Shown here one piece after another: positions 33,005 through 41,658 of a DNA stretch of 64,000 nt. The notes under the pieces were generated by a model, which saw only the letters and a program-made list of their open reading frames with translations, did not search any database and was not told the DNA's origin. Origin of the DNA: Acidobacteriota bacterium (GTDB lineage Bacteria; Acidobacteriota; Polarisedimenticolia; Polarisedimenticolales; JBBIHH01); contig JBBIHH010000007.1 of assembly GCA_037447115.1 (NCBI GenBank), forward strand, positions 17,188 to 81,187, read 5' to 3'. Made by a program: the position numbers and the translations under genes. Each line of letters begins with the position of its first letter. The stretch's first letter is position 1.

Positions 33005-33695
33005 GCGCATGCATCTCGGACGGATCGGCTTGCTCGCTGCGGGGCTGCTGGTGGCCGGCAGCTCGCCGTGCGCGGCGGCGGGTCTCGACCTGCCGCGCCG
33101 ACATTACGTGCCACGCTTCGACGGCGCGCCCGTGGTCGCTGTGGACCCAGCGAGCGGATCGGTATGGTCCGCCTGGACGTACCGCCTCGGGGGCGAGAGC
33201 GCCGTGGCCGTCGCGGTCCGCCGAGCTGGGGAGCCATGGGCGGAGCCGACGTTCTTCGGTTTGGACGACGGGTTGAGCCAGGCGCAACCCGCGCTCCTCG
33301 TGGACGGGGACGGGATCGTGTACCTCGCCTACGCCGTCCGGGAAACGGGGGCGATCGAGATGTCCGCCTTCTACCCCGGGCGCGAGGCGTGGTTCGACCC
33401 CCAGACCGTCAGCGACCCCTCCGAACGCGGCTCGGCTCCTGCGCTCAAGCTCGTGGCCGATCGTGTCGTCCTGGCTTACCGCGTCGCCGGGGCGCCTGGG
33501 ATCCAACTGCGGGACTGGCCCAAGCTGCCGTCGCCGAGAATGCTGCCCGAGGGGATCCAGGAGGGCCCGGACGGGTTCCCGCTCCCCGTGAAGCGCAAGC
33601 AGCGAGAAACCGAGGTCCCGTTCCCCGAGGACGATCAGGATCCGGCGCCGCCTGGGTCCTTGAGCCACACCGGATCCGGGGACGACGATCCCTGA
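32997..33695 (+). CDS. Secreted hypothetical protein with acidic C-terminal tail
   Basis: ATG 32997 overlaps the upstream stop by 8 nt. Signal RIGLLAAGLLVAGSSPCAAAG. No recognised motif. The tail is SLSHTGSGDDDP. Confidence 0.5.
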   Translation: MRKRMHLGRIGLLAAGLLVAGSSPCAAAGLDLPRRHYVPRFDGAPVVAVDPASGSVWSAWTYRLGGESAVAVAVRRAGEPWAEPTFFGLDDGLSQAQPALLVDGDGIVYLAYAVRETGAIEMSAFYPGREAWFDPQTVSDPSERGSAPALKLVADRVVLAYRVAGAPGIQLRDWPKLPSPRMLPEGIQEGPDGFPLPVKRKQRETEVPFPEDDQDPAPPGSLSHTGSGDDDP

Positions 33696-33777
33696 GTTCT
33701 GAAGCCGCCCTCCCGGGTCTGGGCTTCGATATTTGCCTTTCTTTCGCCCAAGTCGGGGCGCTTCCCTCTAGAATCCC

Positions 33778-33807
33778 TTGACAGAACGGTTCCCACTCGC
33801 TTAGCAT
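33778..33807 (+). promoter_or_regulatory. Pmra-like sigma-70 promoter of the dcw cluster
   Basis: TTGACA (33778..33783), an 18-nt spacer, then TAGCAT (33802..33807). It lies about 165 nt upstream of the mraZ ATG. Confidence 0.5.
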
Positions 33808-33814
33808 CGCGGCT

Positions 33815-33848
33815 GTGGTCTGAAGTGGAGCAAAGTGGCCCACTGTGG
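33815..33848 (+). promoter_or_regulatory. Four phased GTGG boxes (candidate MraZ operator)
   Basis: GTGG occurs at 33815, 33825, 33835 and 33845, an exact 10-bp period, immediately downstream of the -10 box. The third box reads AAAGTGG. Confidence 0.5.
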
Positions 33849-33970
33849 ACACGGCTCCGCTTCATGGCTCGCGGGGGACCGACACGGGGTCACCGAAGCG
33901 TTCGCGCTCGCAGGCGCCGGGCGTTGGTGCCGGCGGCACCCGGGACCGAGGCGCGAGCCCAGGATTCGCG

Positions 33971-34411
33971 ATGCTGAGGGGCAGCGCGCTGGCCAAGATG
34001 GACGATAAGGGTCGGCTCAAGCTGCCCGCCTCGTTCCGCGCCTTGCTGGAGCCCCGCTACGGCAAGGAGTTCTTCGTCACGAGCTTGCGGGGGGATTCCG
34101 TGCGGATCTATCCGCTGCCGGTTTGGCGGGAGATCGAGGAACGGCTCGCGCGCGCGCCGTCGCTGCACCCGCCGGTGATGCGCTTCAAAAAAGCTGTGCA
34201 CTACTACGGGCAAGAAGTGTCCATGGACACGCAGGGCCGGTTACTCATCCCGCCGCTGCTGCGCGAAGAAGCGAAGATCGACGGCGAGGTCACCGTGCTC
34301 GGGCTCCAGAACTACCTCGAGGTTTGGAACCGCGCCGCCTTCGTCAAGCAGCTCAGGGAGGACCCGCTGACCGACGAAGACTTGAAGGCCCTCGCGGAGT
34401 GGGGGATTTGA
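33971..34411 (+). CDS. mraZ: Transcriptional regulator MraZ
   Basis: ORF 33845..34411 trimmed to ATG 33971 (MLRGSALAKMDDKGRLKLPASFR). The second SpoVT/AbrB-like half carries MDTQGRLLIPPLLRE. It is the first gene of the dcw cluster. Confidence 0.9.
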   Translation: MLRGSALAKMDDKGRLKLPASFRALLEPRYGKEFFVTSLRGDSVRIYPLPVWREIEERLARAPSLHPPVMRFKKAVHYYGQEVSMDTQGRLLIPPLLREEAKIDGEVTVLGLQNYLEVWNRAAFVKQLREDPLTDEDLKALAEWGI

Positions 34412-34449
34412 TCGGCGTGGCCACGCTGGCACCGACGCGAGAGGAAGTC

Positions 34450-35415
34450 ATGAGAACCGGGGGCGAGGCGCACGTACCGGTCCTCCGCGATGCCGTCCTC
34501 AGGTATCTCGCGCCCCGGAAAGGCGGGCTCTACGTGGACGCCACCGTGGGACCCGGCGGTCACGCCGAAGCGATCCTCGAGGCCATCTCCCCCGAAGGCC
34601 GCCTCATCGGCGTGGACCGCGATCCCCAGGCGCTGGCCTTCGCCCGCAGGCGCCTGGACCGTTTCGGCGCCCGTGCGATCTTCGTTCACGGCGACGCGCG
34701 GCGCTTGCCCGCGCTGCTGCGCGAGCTGGGCATCTCGCGCGTGCGGGGCGTGCTGGCGGATCTGGGCGTCTCCTCGCTCCAGCTCGACACCGTCGAGCGA
34801 GGCTTTTCGTTCCGACACGACGCGCCGCTCGACATGCGCTTCGACACCTCGCGCGGGGTCACGGCGGCCGAGTTGCTGGCGACGCTGGGCGAGGCCGAGT
34901 TGCGCGAGATTCTCTGGCGGTACGGCGAAGAGCGCCAGGCCGCGTCCATTGCGCGGGCCATCGTGCAGCAGCGCGCGCGCCAACCGATCCGTACCACCCG
35001 CGAGCTTGCCGCCTTGTGCGAGCGCGTCGCGGCGCGCCACCCGTGGCGCATCCATCCCGCGACGCGAACCTTCCAAGCGTTGCGGATCGCCGTCAACCGG
35101 GAGCTGGACGATCTGGACGCGCTGGTAGAGGGCGCGGCCTCGGTGCTCGAACCGGAGGGGCGGCTCGTCGTCATCGCTTTCCATTCCTTGGAGGACCGGA
35201 TCGTCAAGCACGCGTTGCGCAGGCTGGCGCGGGGTTGCGTCTGTCCCCCCGAACTGCCGGCGTGCGCGTGCGGGCGCCAGCCCGCCGTGCGCCTGCTCAC
35301 GCGGCGCGCCGTGCGTCCGGCGCCCGAAGAATGCGCGATCAACCCACGTGCCCGCAGCGCGCGGCTGCGGGCGGCGGAGCGGATTCGAACCGGGACGCCC
35401 GAGGAGGTGCCATGA
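34450..35415 (+). CDS. rsmH: 16S rRNA (cytosine1402-N4)-methyltransferase RsmH (MraW)
   Basis: ATG 34450 (GAGGAAG SD). HVPVLRDAVLRYL, DATVGPGGHAEAIL, DLGVSSLQLD, FHSLEDRIVK. Confidence 0.9.
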   Translation: MRTGGEAHVPVLRDAVLRYLAPRKGGLYVDATVGPGGHAEAILEAISPEGRLIGVDRDPQALAFARRRLDRFGARAIFVHGDARRLPALLRELGISRVRGVLADLGVSSLQLDTVERGFSFRHDAPLDMRFDTSRGVTAAELLATLGEAELREILWRYGEERQAASIARAIVQQRARQPIRTTRELAALCERVAARHPWRIHPATRTFQALRIAVNRELDDLDALVEGAASVLEPEGRLVVIAFHSLEDRIVKHALRRLARGCVCPPELPACACGRQPAVRLLTRRAVRPAPEECAINPRARSARLRAAERIRTGTPEEVP

Positions 35416-35822
35416 CCATCCTGCCTCCCCCGCAACGACGCTGGCACAACGCGGTCGTTCCCGCTCCCGACACGCAACGCACGCGACGGCTGCTGGGGAT
35501 GACCGTGCTGCTGGCGATCTCGGTCCTCCCTACGGCGATCTACGTCGTCGGGCAGTTGGAATACGTGCGCACGCGCTACCGCATCGAAGAGTTGCGGCGC
35601 CAGTACGAACGTCTCGTGGAGATGGAACAGCGGCTGCGCGTGGAACGAGCGTCGCTGAGCACGCCGCTCAGGATCGAAGAAGTGGCGCTCCGCGAACTCG
35701 GCCTCGTGGTGGCCGAGCCAGAGCACGTTCAGGTCGTGCTGCTCCCCGCGCCGGCGGAGGGCTTCGTGGCCCGCACGGGCGTGGGCCGGGCTGCAGGCCC
35801 GAGCGCCGCGGGGGATCCGTGA
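35412..35822 (+). CDS. ftsL: Cell division protein FtsL-like (bitopic, coiled coil)
   Basis: ATG 35412 overlaps the rsmH stop (ATGA) and is preceded by a GAGGAGG SD. It has a single TM segment LLGMTVLLAISVLPTAIYVV followed by the coiled coil RYRIEELRRQYERLVEMEQRL. Its position lies between rsmH and ftsI. Confidence 0.7.
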   Translation: MTILPPPQRRWHNAVVPAPDTQRTRRLLGMTVLLAISVLPTAIYVVGQLEYVRTRYRIEELRRQYERLVEMEQRLRVERASLSTPLRIEEVALRELGLVVAEPEHVQVVLLPAPAEGFVARTGVGRAAGPSAAGDP

Positions 35823-35926
35823 GACGGCCGGGGGCAACCACGGGGCGGGGCCGCCCGGAGCGGCGCACGGCGTTTTGCGGCTCCCGGGTCCGGGGTCCGG
35901 CCCGGAGAACGTAGAGGACATACCCC

Positions 35927-37681
35927 ATGAGCTCCGGCCGCCGCCTCGGAATACTGCTCGCTTGCTTTCTCGCCCTGGCGGCGGGAATCGGCGCGGCGCT
36001 CTACGATGTAGGGGTTCAGCAATCCGCCACCCTCCGCGAGAAGGCGCGGCGGCTGCACGAGCGGCGCGTCGAGGTCTGGCCCCGCCGCGGCGCGATTCTC
36101 GACCGGCACGGGCGCGAGCTGGCGGTCAGTATGGAGTCGGCATCCCTGTACGCCCACCCCCGGCTCGTCGAAGACCCCGAGGCCGCGGCCGCGATCCTGG
36201 CCCGTACGCTGGGGTTGCCCCGCGGGGCCTTGCTCGAACGCCTCAACCGCGACGCGCCTTTCACCTGGATCGCGCGCCGGCTCGAACCCGCCGTGGCCCG
36301 TGCGGTGAGTACGTCGGGCCTCGCGGTCGGCACCGGCAGGCCGTTCGGCTTCCAGACCGAAGCGCGCCGCTCCTACCCCCACGGCTCGCTGGCGGTCCAC
36401 GTGGTGGGGTTCACCAACGTGGACCAGCGGGGCATCGAAGGCATCGAACTCGCGCACGACGAGCTGTTGCGGGGCGATCCTGCCCACTACCTGGCGCTGC
36501 GCGACGGGCGCGGCCAGACCGTGCTGCAATTGGTCCAGCCGCCCAGACGCGCACCCCGCGATCTCGTCCTGACCATCGACCTCGTTCTCCAACACATCGC
36601 CGAGAGCGAGCTCGATCGTGCCGTGAGGCACGCGCGCGCACGCTGGGGATCCGCCATCCTGCTCGATCCCGCGACCGGCCACGTGCTCGCCCTCGCGAAC
36701 CGCCCCACCGTCGATCCCGCGCACTACGGCGCGAGTCCCCTCGCCTCCCGGCGCAACCGCGCGATCACCGACCTCTACGAACCCGGTTCCACCTTCAAGA
36801 TCGTCTCCGCTGCGGCGGCCCTCGAATTGGGGGTCGCCTCTCCTGGGGAGCGGTTCGACTGCGGGCAGGGCTCGATCGTCGTCGCGGGAACACGCATCCG
36901 GGACCACAAGCCTTTCAGCGTCTTGACCTTCCAGGAGATCCTCGAGCAATCGAGCAACGTGGGCATGGTGCGCATCGCGAGCCGGATTCCAGCTCCGGCT
37001 TTCGAGAGGATCGTGCGCGGTTTCGGTTTCGGGGCGCCCACGGAGATCGAGCTTCCCGGAGAGGTGGCGGGGCGCGTGCGCCCGCACCGGCAATGGTCGG
37101 GCCTCTCGCGGGCCTGCCTGGCGTTCGGTCACGAGATCGCCGTCACCCCGCTGCAAATGGCCGTGGCCTTCGCCACGATCGCCAACGCCGGGGTCCGCGT
37201 GCCGCCGCGGATCGTTCTCGGCACGCGCGGCCCCGAGGGTAGCTTCGTGCCCGCCCCCGCAGCGCAGCCGCAGCGAGCGATCAGCGCCAAGACGGCGGGC
37301 ACGCTCACCCGCTTGCTGGAGGGAGTGGTCACCCGAGGCACCGGCAAGCTCGCCGCTGTGCCGGGCTACCGGGTGGCTGGCAAGACGGGAACCGCGCAGA
37401 AGATCGTCGATGGCCGGTACTCCGAAAGCGACTACGTCACCTCGTTCGGCGGCTTCGCTCCCACACGGGCGCCGCGGCTCGTCTGCTTCGTGCTCCTCGA
37501 TACTCCCCGCGGCCCCGAGCACACGGGGGGCGCCGTTGCGGCACCGGTCTTCGCCCGCATCATGGCTCGGGCCCTGCCCTACCTGCGCGTGGCTCCCGAC
37601 GACCCTGGCCCGCGCATCGCCGCTCGCGGCCCTGGCACGCGAGGCGGAGCCTCCGGCATGGGTCCCGGGGCGTTGCCATGA
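35927..37681 (+). CDS. ftsI: Peptidoglycan D,D-transpeptidase FtsI (PBP3)
   Basis: N-terminal TM segment, PBP dimer domain, and transpeptidase motifs STFK (GSTFKIV), SSN (EQSSNVG) and KTGT (AGKTGTAQ). Confidence 0.9.
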   Translation: MSSGRRLGILLACFLALAAGIGAALYDVGVQQSATLREKARRLHERRVEVWPRRGAILDRHGRELAVSMESASLYAHPRLVEDPEAAAAILARTLGLPRGALLERLNRDAPFTWIARRLEPAVARAVSTSGLAVGTGRPFGFQTEARRSYPHGSLAVHVVGFTNVDQRGIEGIELAHDELLRGDPAHYLALRDGRGQTVLQLVQPPRRAPRDLVLTIDLVLQHIAESELDRAVRHARARWGSAILLDPATGHVLALANRPTVDPAHYGASPLASRRNRAITDLYEPGSTFKIVSAAAALELGVASPGERFDCGQGSIVVAGTRIRDHKPFSVLTFQEILEQSSNVGMVRIASRIPAPAFERIVRGFGFGAPTEIELPGEVAGRVRPHRQWSGLSRACLAFGHEIAVTPLQMAVAFATIANAGVRVPPRIVLGTRGPEGSFVPAPAAQPQRAISAKTAGTLTRLLEGVVTRGTGKLAAVPGYRVAGKTGTAQKIVDGRYSESDYVTSFGGFAPTRAPRLVCFVLLDTPRGPEHTGGAVAAPVFARIMARALPYLRVAPDDPGPRIAARGPGTRGGASGMGPGALP

Positions 37682-39192
37682 CGGCGCCGCGGCAGTCCTT
37701 GGCCGCGCTACTGCGCGCGGCGGGTGTGAGGGCCGAGGTGACGGGGCCGAGCGGGGTGGAGGTGACTCGTATCGTTTACGACTCGCGCCGCGTCGAACCG
37801 GGGGCGTTGTTCTGCGCCCTGGCGGGTCAGCGCCTCGACGGGATGGCGTTCGTGGACCAAGCCGTGGCGCGGGGAGCCCATGCGGTGCTGGCGGAACGAG
37901 CCCGGCCCGCCGGTCTCGCCGACAGCGTGGCCTGGGTGCAGGTGGAGCACGCGCGGCGCGCGATGGCGCAGCTCGCGCGCGCCTGGCACGGCGAACCGGA
38001 CCGCGCGCTGGTCCTCGTGGGCGTGACCGGAACCAACGGCAAGACAACCGTCACCCACCTCGTGCAATGCATGGGCGACGCCGCGGGTTTTGCCGCAGGG
38101 CGCATCGGCACCCTCGGCGCCGCCCATGGCGCCGCGGCCACCGCGCTCGAGCGCACCACACCCGAAGCCCCGGACCTGCTGGCGCAGCTCGGCCGGATGC
38201 GCGAGGACGGCGCCCGGCTCGTGGTCATGGAAGTCTCCTCCCACGCGCTGGCCCTCGAGCGCGTGGCGGGTATTCGCTTCCGCGTGGGAGCCTTTCTCAA
38301 CCTGGGCGCCGATCACCTCGACTTCCACGGCGATCTCGACGGTTACTTCGCAGCCAAAGCGCGCCTGATCGCTTCCCTGGAAGCCGATGCGCACGCGATC
38401 CTGGCCCAGGACGACCCGCGCATCGCCGCGCTCGGGGAGCGAACGCGGGCCCGGGTCTGGCGTTTCGGGCGGACCGCGGCGGCGCAGGTGCGCATTCTCG
38501 AAGAGGACTGCCGCCTCGACGGCACGCGCGCGGTCCTGGAGACCCCCGCGGGGCGGCTCGCACTCGAGTCGCCGCTCGTCGGGCCCTTCGTGCCGGACAA
38601 CCTGGCCGCGGCGGCGGCGTGCGCGCTCGCAGCCGGACTCCCGCCCGCAGCGATTTCCGAAGGCGCGCGGCTTCTCCGAGGGGTGCCCGGGCGCATGGAG
38701 CCGGTCGACGCCGGCCAGCCCTTTCGGGTGTTCGTGGACTTCGCCCATACCCCCCAGGCGCTGCAAGGACTGCTCGCGGGCCTGCGTCCCCTCGTCGGGG
38801 GGCGGATCCTCCTGGTCTTCGGCTGCGGCGGCGAGCGGGATCGGGAGAAACGGCCCGAGATGGGGAGGATCGCGGCGCGTGCGGCGGACCTGGTCTTCGT
38901 CACTTCGGACAACCCGCGGGGCGAGGACCCGGAGCGCATTCTCGACGCCATCATGGCCGGTGTGGCGCAGGTGCCCGGGGCGAGCGCTCGGGTGCAACGA
39001 GATGCCGACCGCCGGCGCGCGGTGGCGCGCGCCCTCTCTTGCGCCCGCGAAGGTGACGTCGTGCTCATCGCGGGCAAAGGACACGAGACGACCCAGGTGT
39101 TCGCCGACCGCGCGGTGCCGCTCGATGACCGCCAGCTCGCACGGGACGCGTTGGCCGCGCTGGGATTCGGGAGCGGATGCCGTGCGACTTAG
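37678..39192 (+). CDS. murE: UDP-N-acetylmuramoyl-L-alanyl-D-glutamate--2,6-diaminopimelate ligase MurE
   Basis: ATGA overlap with ftsI. GVTGTNGKTT, Mur ligase middle and C-terminal domains, and a DNPR motif (TSDNPRGEDP) consistent with meso-DAP specificity. Confidence 0.9.
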   Translation: MTAPRQSLAALLRAAGVRAEVTGPSGVEVTRIVYDSRRVEPGALFCALAGQRLDGMAFVDQAVARGAHAVLAERARPAGLADSVAWVQVEHARRAMAQLARAWHGEPDRALVLVGVTGTNGKTTVTHLVQCMGDAAGFAAGRIGTLGAAHGAAATALERTTPEAPDLLAQLGRMREDGARLVVMEVSSHALALERVAGIRFRVGAFLNLGADHLDFHGDLDGYFAAKARLIASLEADAHAILAQDDPRIAALGERTRARVWRFGRTAAAQVRILEEDCRLDGTRAVLETPAGRLALESPLVGPFVPDNLAAAAACALAAGLPPAAISEGARLLRGVPGRMEPVDAGQPFRVFVDFAHTPQALQGLLAGLRPLVGGRILLVFGCGGERDREKRPEMGRIAARAADLVFVTSDNPRGEDPERILDAIMAGVAQVPGASARVQRDADRRRAVARALSCAREGDVVLIAGKGHETTQVFADRAVPLDDRQLARDALAALGFGSGCRAT

Positions 39193-40573
39193 CGTGGGAG
39201 AGATCGTGAGCGCCACGGGAGGTCGCCTCCTGCGCGGCCGCCCCGAGGTCGAAGTCGAAGGGGCCTCGCTCGACACCCGACGGCTCGAGCCCGGCATGGT
39301 CTTCTTCGCGCTGCCGGGCCGGCGGGCGGACGGCCACGACTTCCTGCCCCACGCCGCCCGCGCGGGTGCGCGAGCCGCCGTCATCGCGCGCGAGCCGGAC
39401 CCGCAAGCTCCGGCCCCCGAGGCCCTCGTGCTCGTGGAGGACGTGGCCCTGGCGCTGCGCGCCTGCGGGGCTCTGGCGCGCCGCAAGTCCCGCGCGCGGT
39501 TCGTCGCCGTTACGGGAAGCTCGGGCAAGACGATGACCAAGGAGCTCGCCGCCGCCGGCCTCGCCGTCCACGGCAAAGTTCACCGCACCCACGGCAACCA
39601 GAACAACCTGCTCGGTGTGCCTTTGACCCTGCTCGCCTGCCCCGAGGACGCCGACGTCGCGGTGCTGGAGCTCGGCATGAGCGCCAGCGGCGAGATCGCG
39701 GCGCTGACGGCGATGGTGGACCCCCACGCGGGCCTCGTCACCAACGTGGGACCCGCGCATCTCGCATTCTTCGACTCGATCGACGCCGTCGCCGCCGCCA
39801 AGGGCGAGCTGTACGCGGCCTTGCGCGAGGACGCGGTGGCGGTGGTCCACCTGGACGATCCCCACGTGCGGTTGCAAGCGGCGCGGCACGCCGGGGCGCG
39901 CCTGACCTTCGGCGAGGACCCGCGGGCCGACCTGCGCCTGCTGTCCCTGGTGGACCGGTTCGTGCCCGGCACGCGATTGCGCTTCGCCTACCGCGGCGAG
40001 GAGCGGGAGCTCGAGTTGCGACTGGCGGGAGGGCACAACGCGCGCAACGCTCTGGCAGCCCTGGCCCTCGTCGCCGCCGCGGGGGGCGACCCGTTGCGCG
40101 CCGCGGAGCGGCTGGCGGACGTGGAGCCGCTTCCGGGTCGGTGCACGACCTACCGGCTCGCGGCGGGGGTCGTGCTCGTGGACGACAGCTACAACAGCAA
40201 CCCCGCAGCCCTGGCGGCCGTGCTCGAGACCCTGCGCCACAGCGAACCGGCGGGACGAAAGATCCTCGTCATGGGGGACATGCTCGAGCTGGGAGCGCAG
40301 GAGCTGGCGTTCCATCGAGAGGCGGGGCGCCGCGCTGCAGCGGCGGGCGTGCAGATTATGGTCGGCGTCGGCACGCTCGTGCGCGCCGCCCTGGAGGAGG
40401 CGCGGCACGCCGGCGTACCCGAGACACGCCACGAACCGGATGCGGACCGCGCGGCCCGCGACCTGCCCGGCGTGCTCCGTCCGGGGGATCTGGTGGTGGT
40501 CAAGGGTTCGCGCGCCACGCGCTTGGAAATCGTCGTGGAAGCCCTGCGGCAGGCAGCGGCGAAAGTCTCCTGA
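39182..40573 (+). CDS. murF: UDP-N-acetylmuramoyl-tripeptide--D-alanyl-D-alanine ligase MurF
   Basis: GTG 39182 (VRLSVGEIVSATGGRLL) overlaps murE by 11 nt. AVTGSSGKTMT; DDSYNSNP. Confidence 0.85.
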   Translation: MRLSVGEIVSATGGRLLRGRPEVEVEGASLDTRRLEPGMVFFALPGRRADGHDFLPHAARAGARAAVIAREPDPQAPAPEALVLVEDVALALRACGALARRKSRARFVAVTGSSGKTMTKELAAAGLAVHGKVHRTHGNQNNLLGVPLTLLACPEDADVAVLELGMSASGEIAALTAMVDPHAGLVTNVGPAHLAFFDSIDAVAAAKGELYAALREDAVAVVHLDDPHVRLQAARHAGARLTFGEDPRADLRLLSLVDRFVPGTRLRFAYRGEERELELRLAGGHNARNALAALALVAAAGGDPLRAAERLADVEPLPGRCTTYRLAAGVVLVDDSYNSNPAALAAVLETLRHSEPAGRKILVMGDMLELGAQELAFHREAGRRAAAAGVQIMVGVGTLVRAALEEARHAGVPETRHEPDADRAARDLPGVLRPGDLVVVKGSRATRLEIVVEALRQAAAKVS

Positions 40574-41658
40574 TGTTCTACCAGCTTCTCTATCCGCTGC
40601 ACGCCTACTTCGGCGCCTTCAACGTGGTCCGTTACATTACCTTCCGCACGGCCCTCGCCACGCTCACGGCGCTGCTGGTGAGCCTGGCCCTCGGGCCCTG
40701 GCTCATCCGCCGCCTGCGCGAGTCGCAGATCGGCCAGGAGATTCGGGAGGAAGGCCCCGTTTCCCACCGCGCCAAGCGCGGCACTCCCACGATGGGCGGC
40801 CTGTTGATCCTGATCGCGGTGCTCGTGCCGACGGTGATGTGGGCCGACCCGCGCAACGTGTTCGTCTGGCTCGCCGTGGCCTCGACCCTGGCTTTCGGCG
40901 CCATCGGTTTCGCCGACGATTACCTGAAGATCCGCCGCCGACACAACCGGGGCCTGCGGGCGCGAACCAAGCTCGCCGCTCAATGCGCGGTGGCCCTAAC
41001 CGTCGGGCTGCTGTTGATGGTGCTTACGGAGCAAGGGGTCTACGACACGCGCCTGTCGGTGCCGTTCTTCAAGACGTTCACGCCGGATCTCGGCTGGGGT
41101 TACGTGGCGCTGACGGTCCTGGTCCTCGCCGGCGCGGCCAACGCGGTGAACCTCACGGATGGGCTCGACGGGCTGGCCGTGGGCGCCCTGCTCATCGCCG
41201 CGGCGGCCTTCACCGTCCTCAGCTACGCGGCGGGGCACGCCATCGTGGCCGACTACCTGGGGATCGCCAATGTCAAGGGCACGGGGGAGCTGACGATTTT
41301 CTGCGGCGCCCTGGTGGGCGCGAACATCGGCTTCCTCTGGTTCAACTGCCACCCCGCCGAGGTGTTCATGGGAGACGTGGGCTCGATGTCCATGGGGGGC
41401 GCGGTGGGTACGGTGGCGTTGTTGATCAAGCAGGAACTGCTGCTCGTCGTCGTCGGGGGGTTGTTCGTCCTCGAGGCGTTGTCGGTGATCCTCCAGGTGG
41501 GTTCGTTTCGCCTGCGGGGCAAACGCATCCTGCGCATGGCGCCCCTGCACCACCACTTCGAGCTCGCGGGATGGAGCGAGACGAAGGTCGTGATCCGGAT
41601 GTGGATCGTGGCTCTGATCTTCGCGCTGCTGGCGCTGGCGACACTCAAGCTGCGATGA
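40573..41658 (+). CDS. mraY: Phospho-N-acetylmuramoyl-pentapeptide transferase MraY
   Basis: ATG 40573 shares one nt with the murF TGA. MFYQLLYPLHAYFGAFNVVRYITFR, NAVNLTDGLDG, MGDVGS. Confidence 0.95.
   Translation: MFYQLLYPLHAYFGAFNVVRYITFRTALATLTALLVSLALGPWLIRRLRESQIGQEIREEGPVSHRAKRGTPTMGGLLILIAVLVPTVMWADPRNVFVWLAVASTLAFGAIGFADDYLKIRRRHNRGLRARTKLAAQCAVALTVGLLLMVLTEQGVYDTRLSVPFFKTFTPDLGWGYVALTVLVLAGAANAVNLTDGLDGLAVGALLIAAAAFTVLSYAAGHAIVADYLGIANVKGTGELTIFCGALVGANIGFLWFNCHPAEVFMGDVGSMSMGGAVGTVALLIKQELLLVVVGGLFVLEALSVILQVGSFRLRGKRILRMAPLHHHFELAGWSETKVVIRMWIVALIFALLALATLKLR

Noticed and set aside
33845-33970. The upstream part of the mraZ ORF (MDTAPLHGSRGTD...) could be read as coding sequence.
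   Set aside because: MraZ proteins start at the MxxGxxxxxxDxKGR motif, which here begins at ATG 33971. The upstream 42 codons overlap the fourth GTGG box (33845..33848) and the leader region, and they look non-coding.
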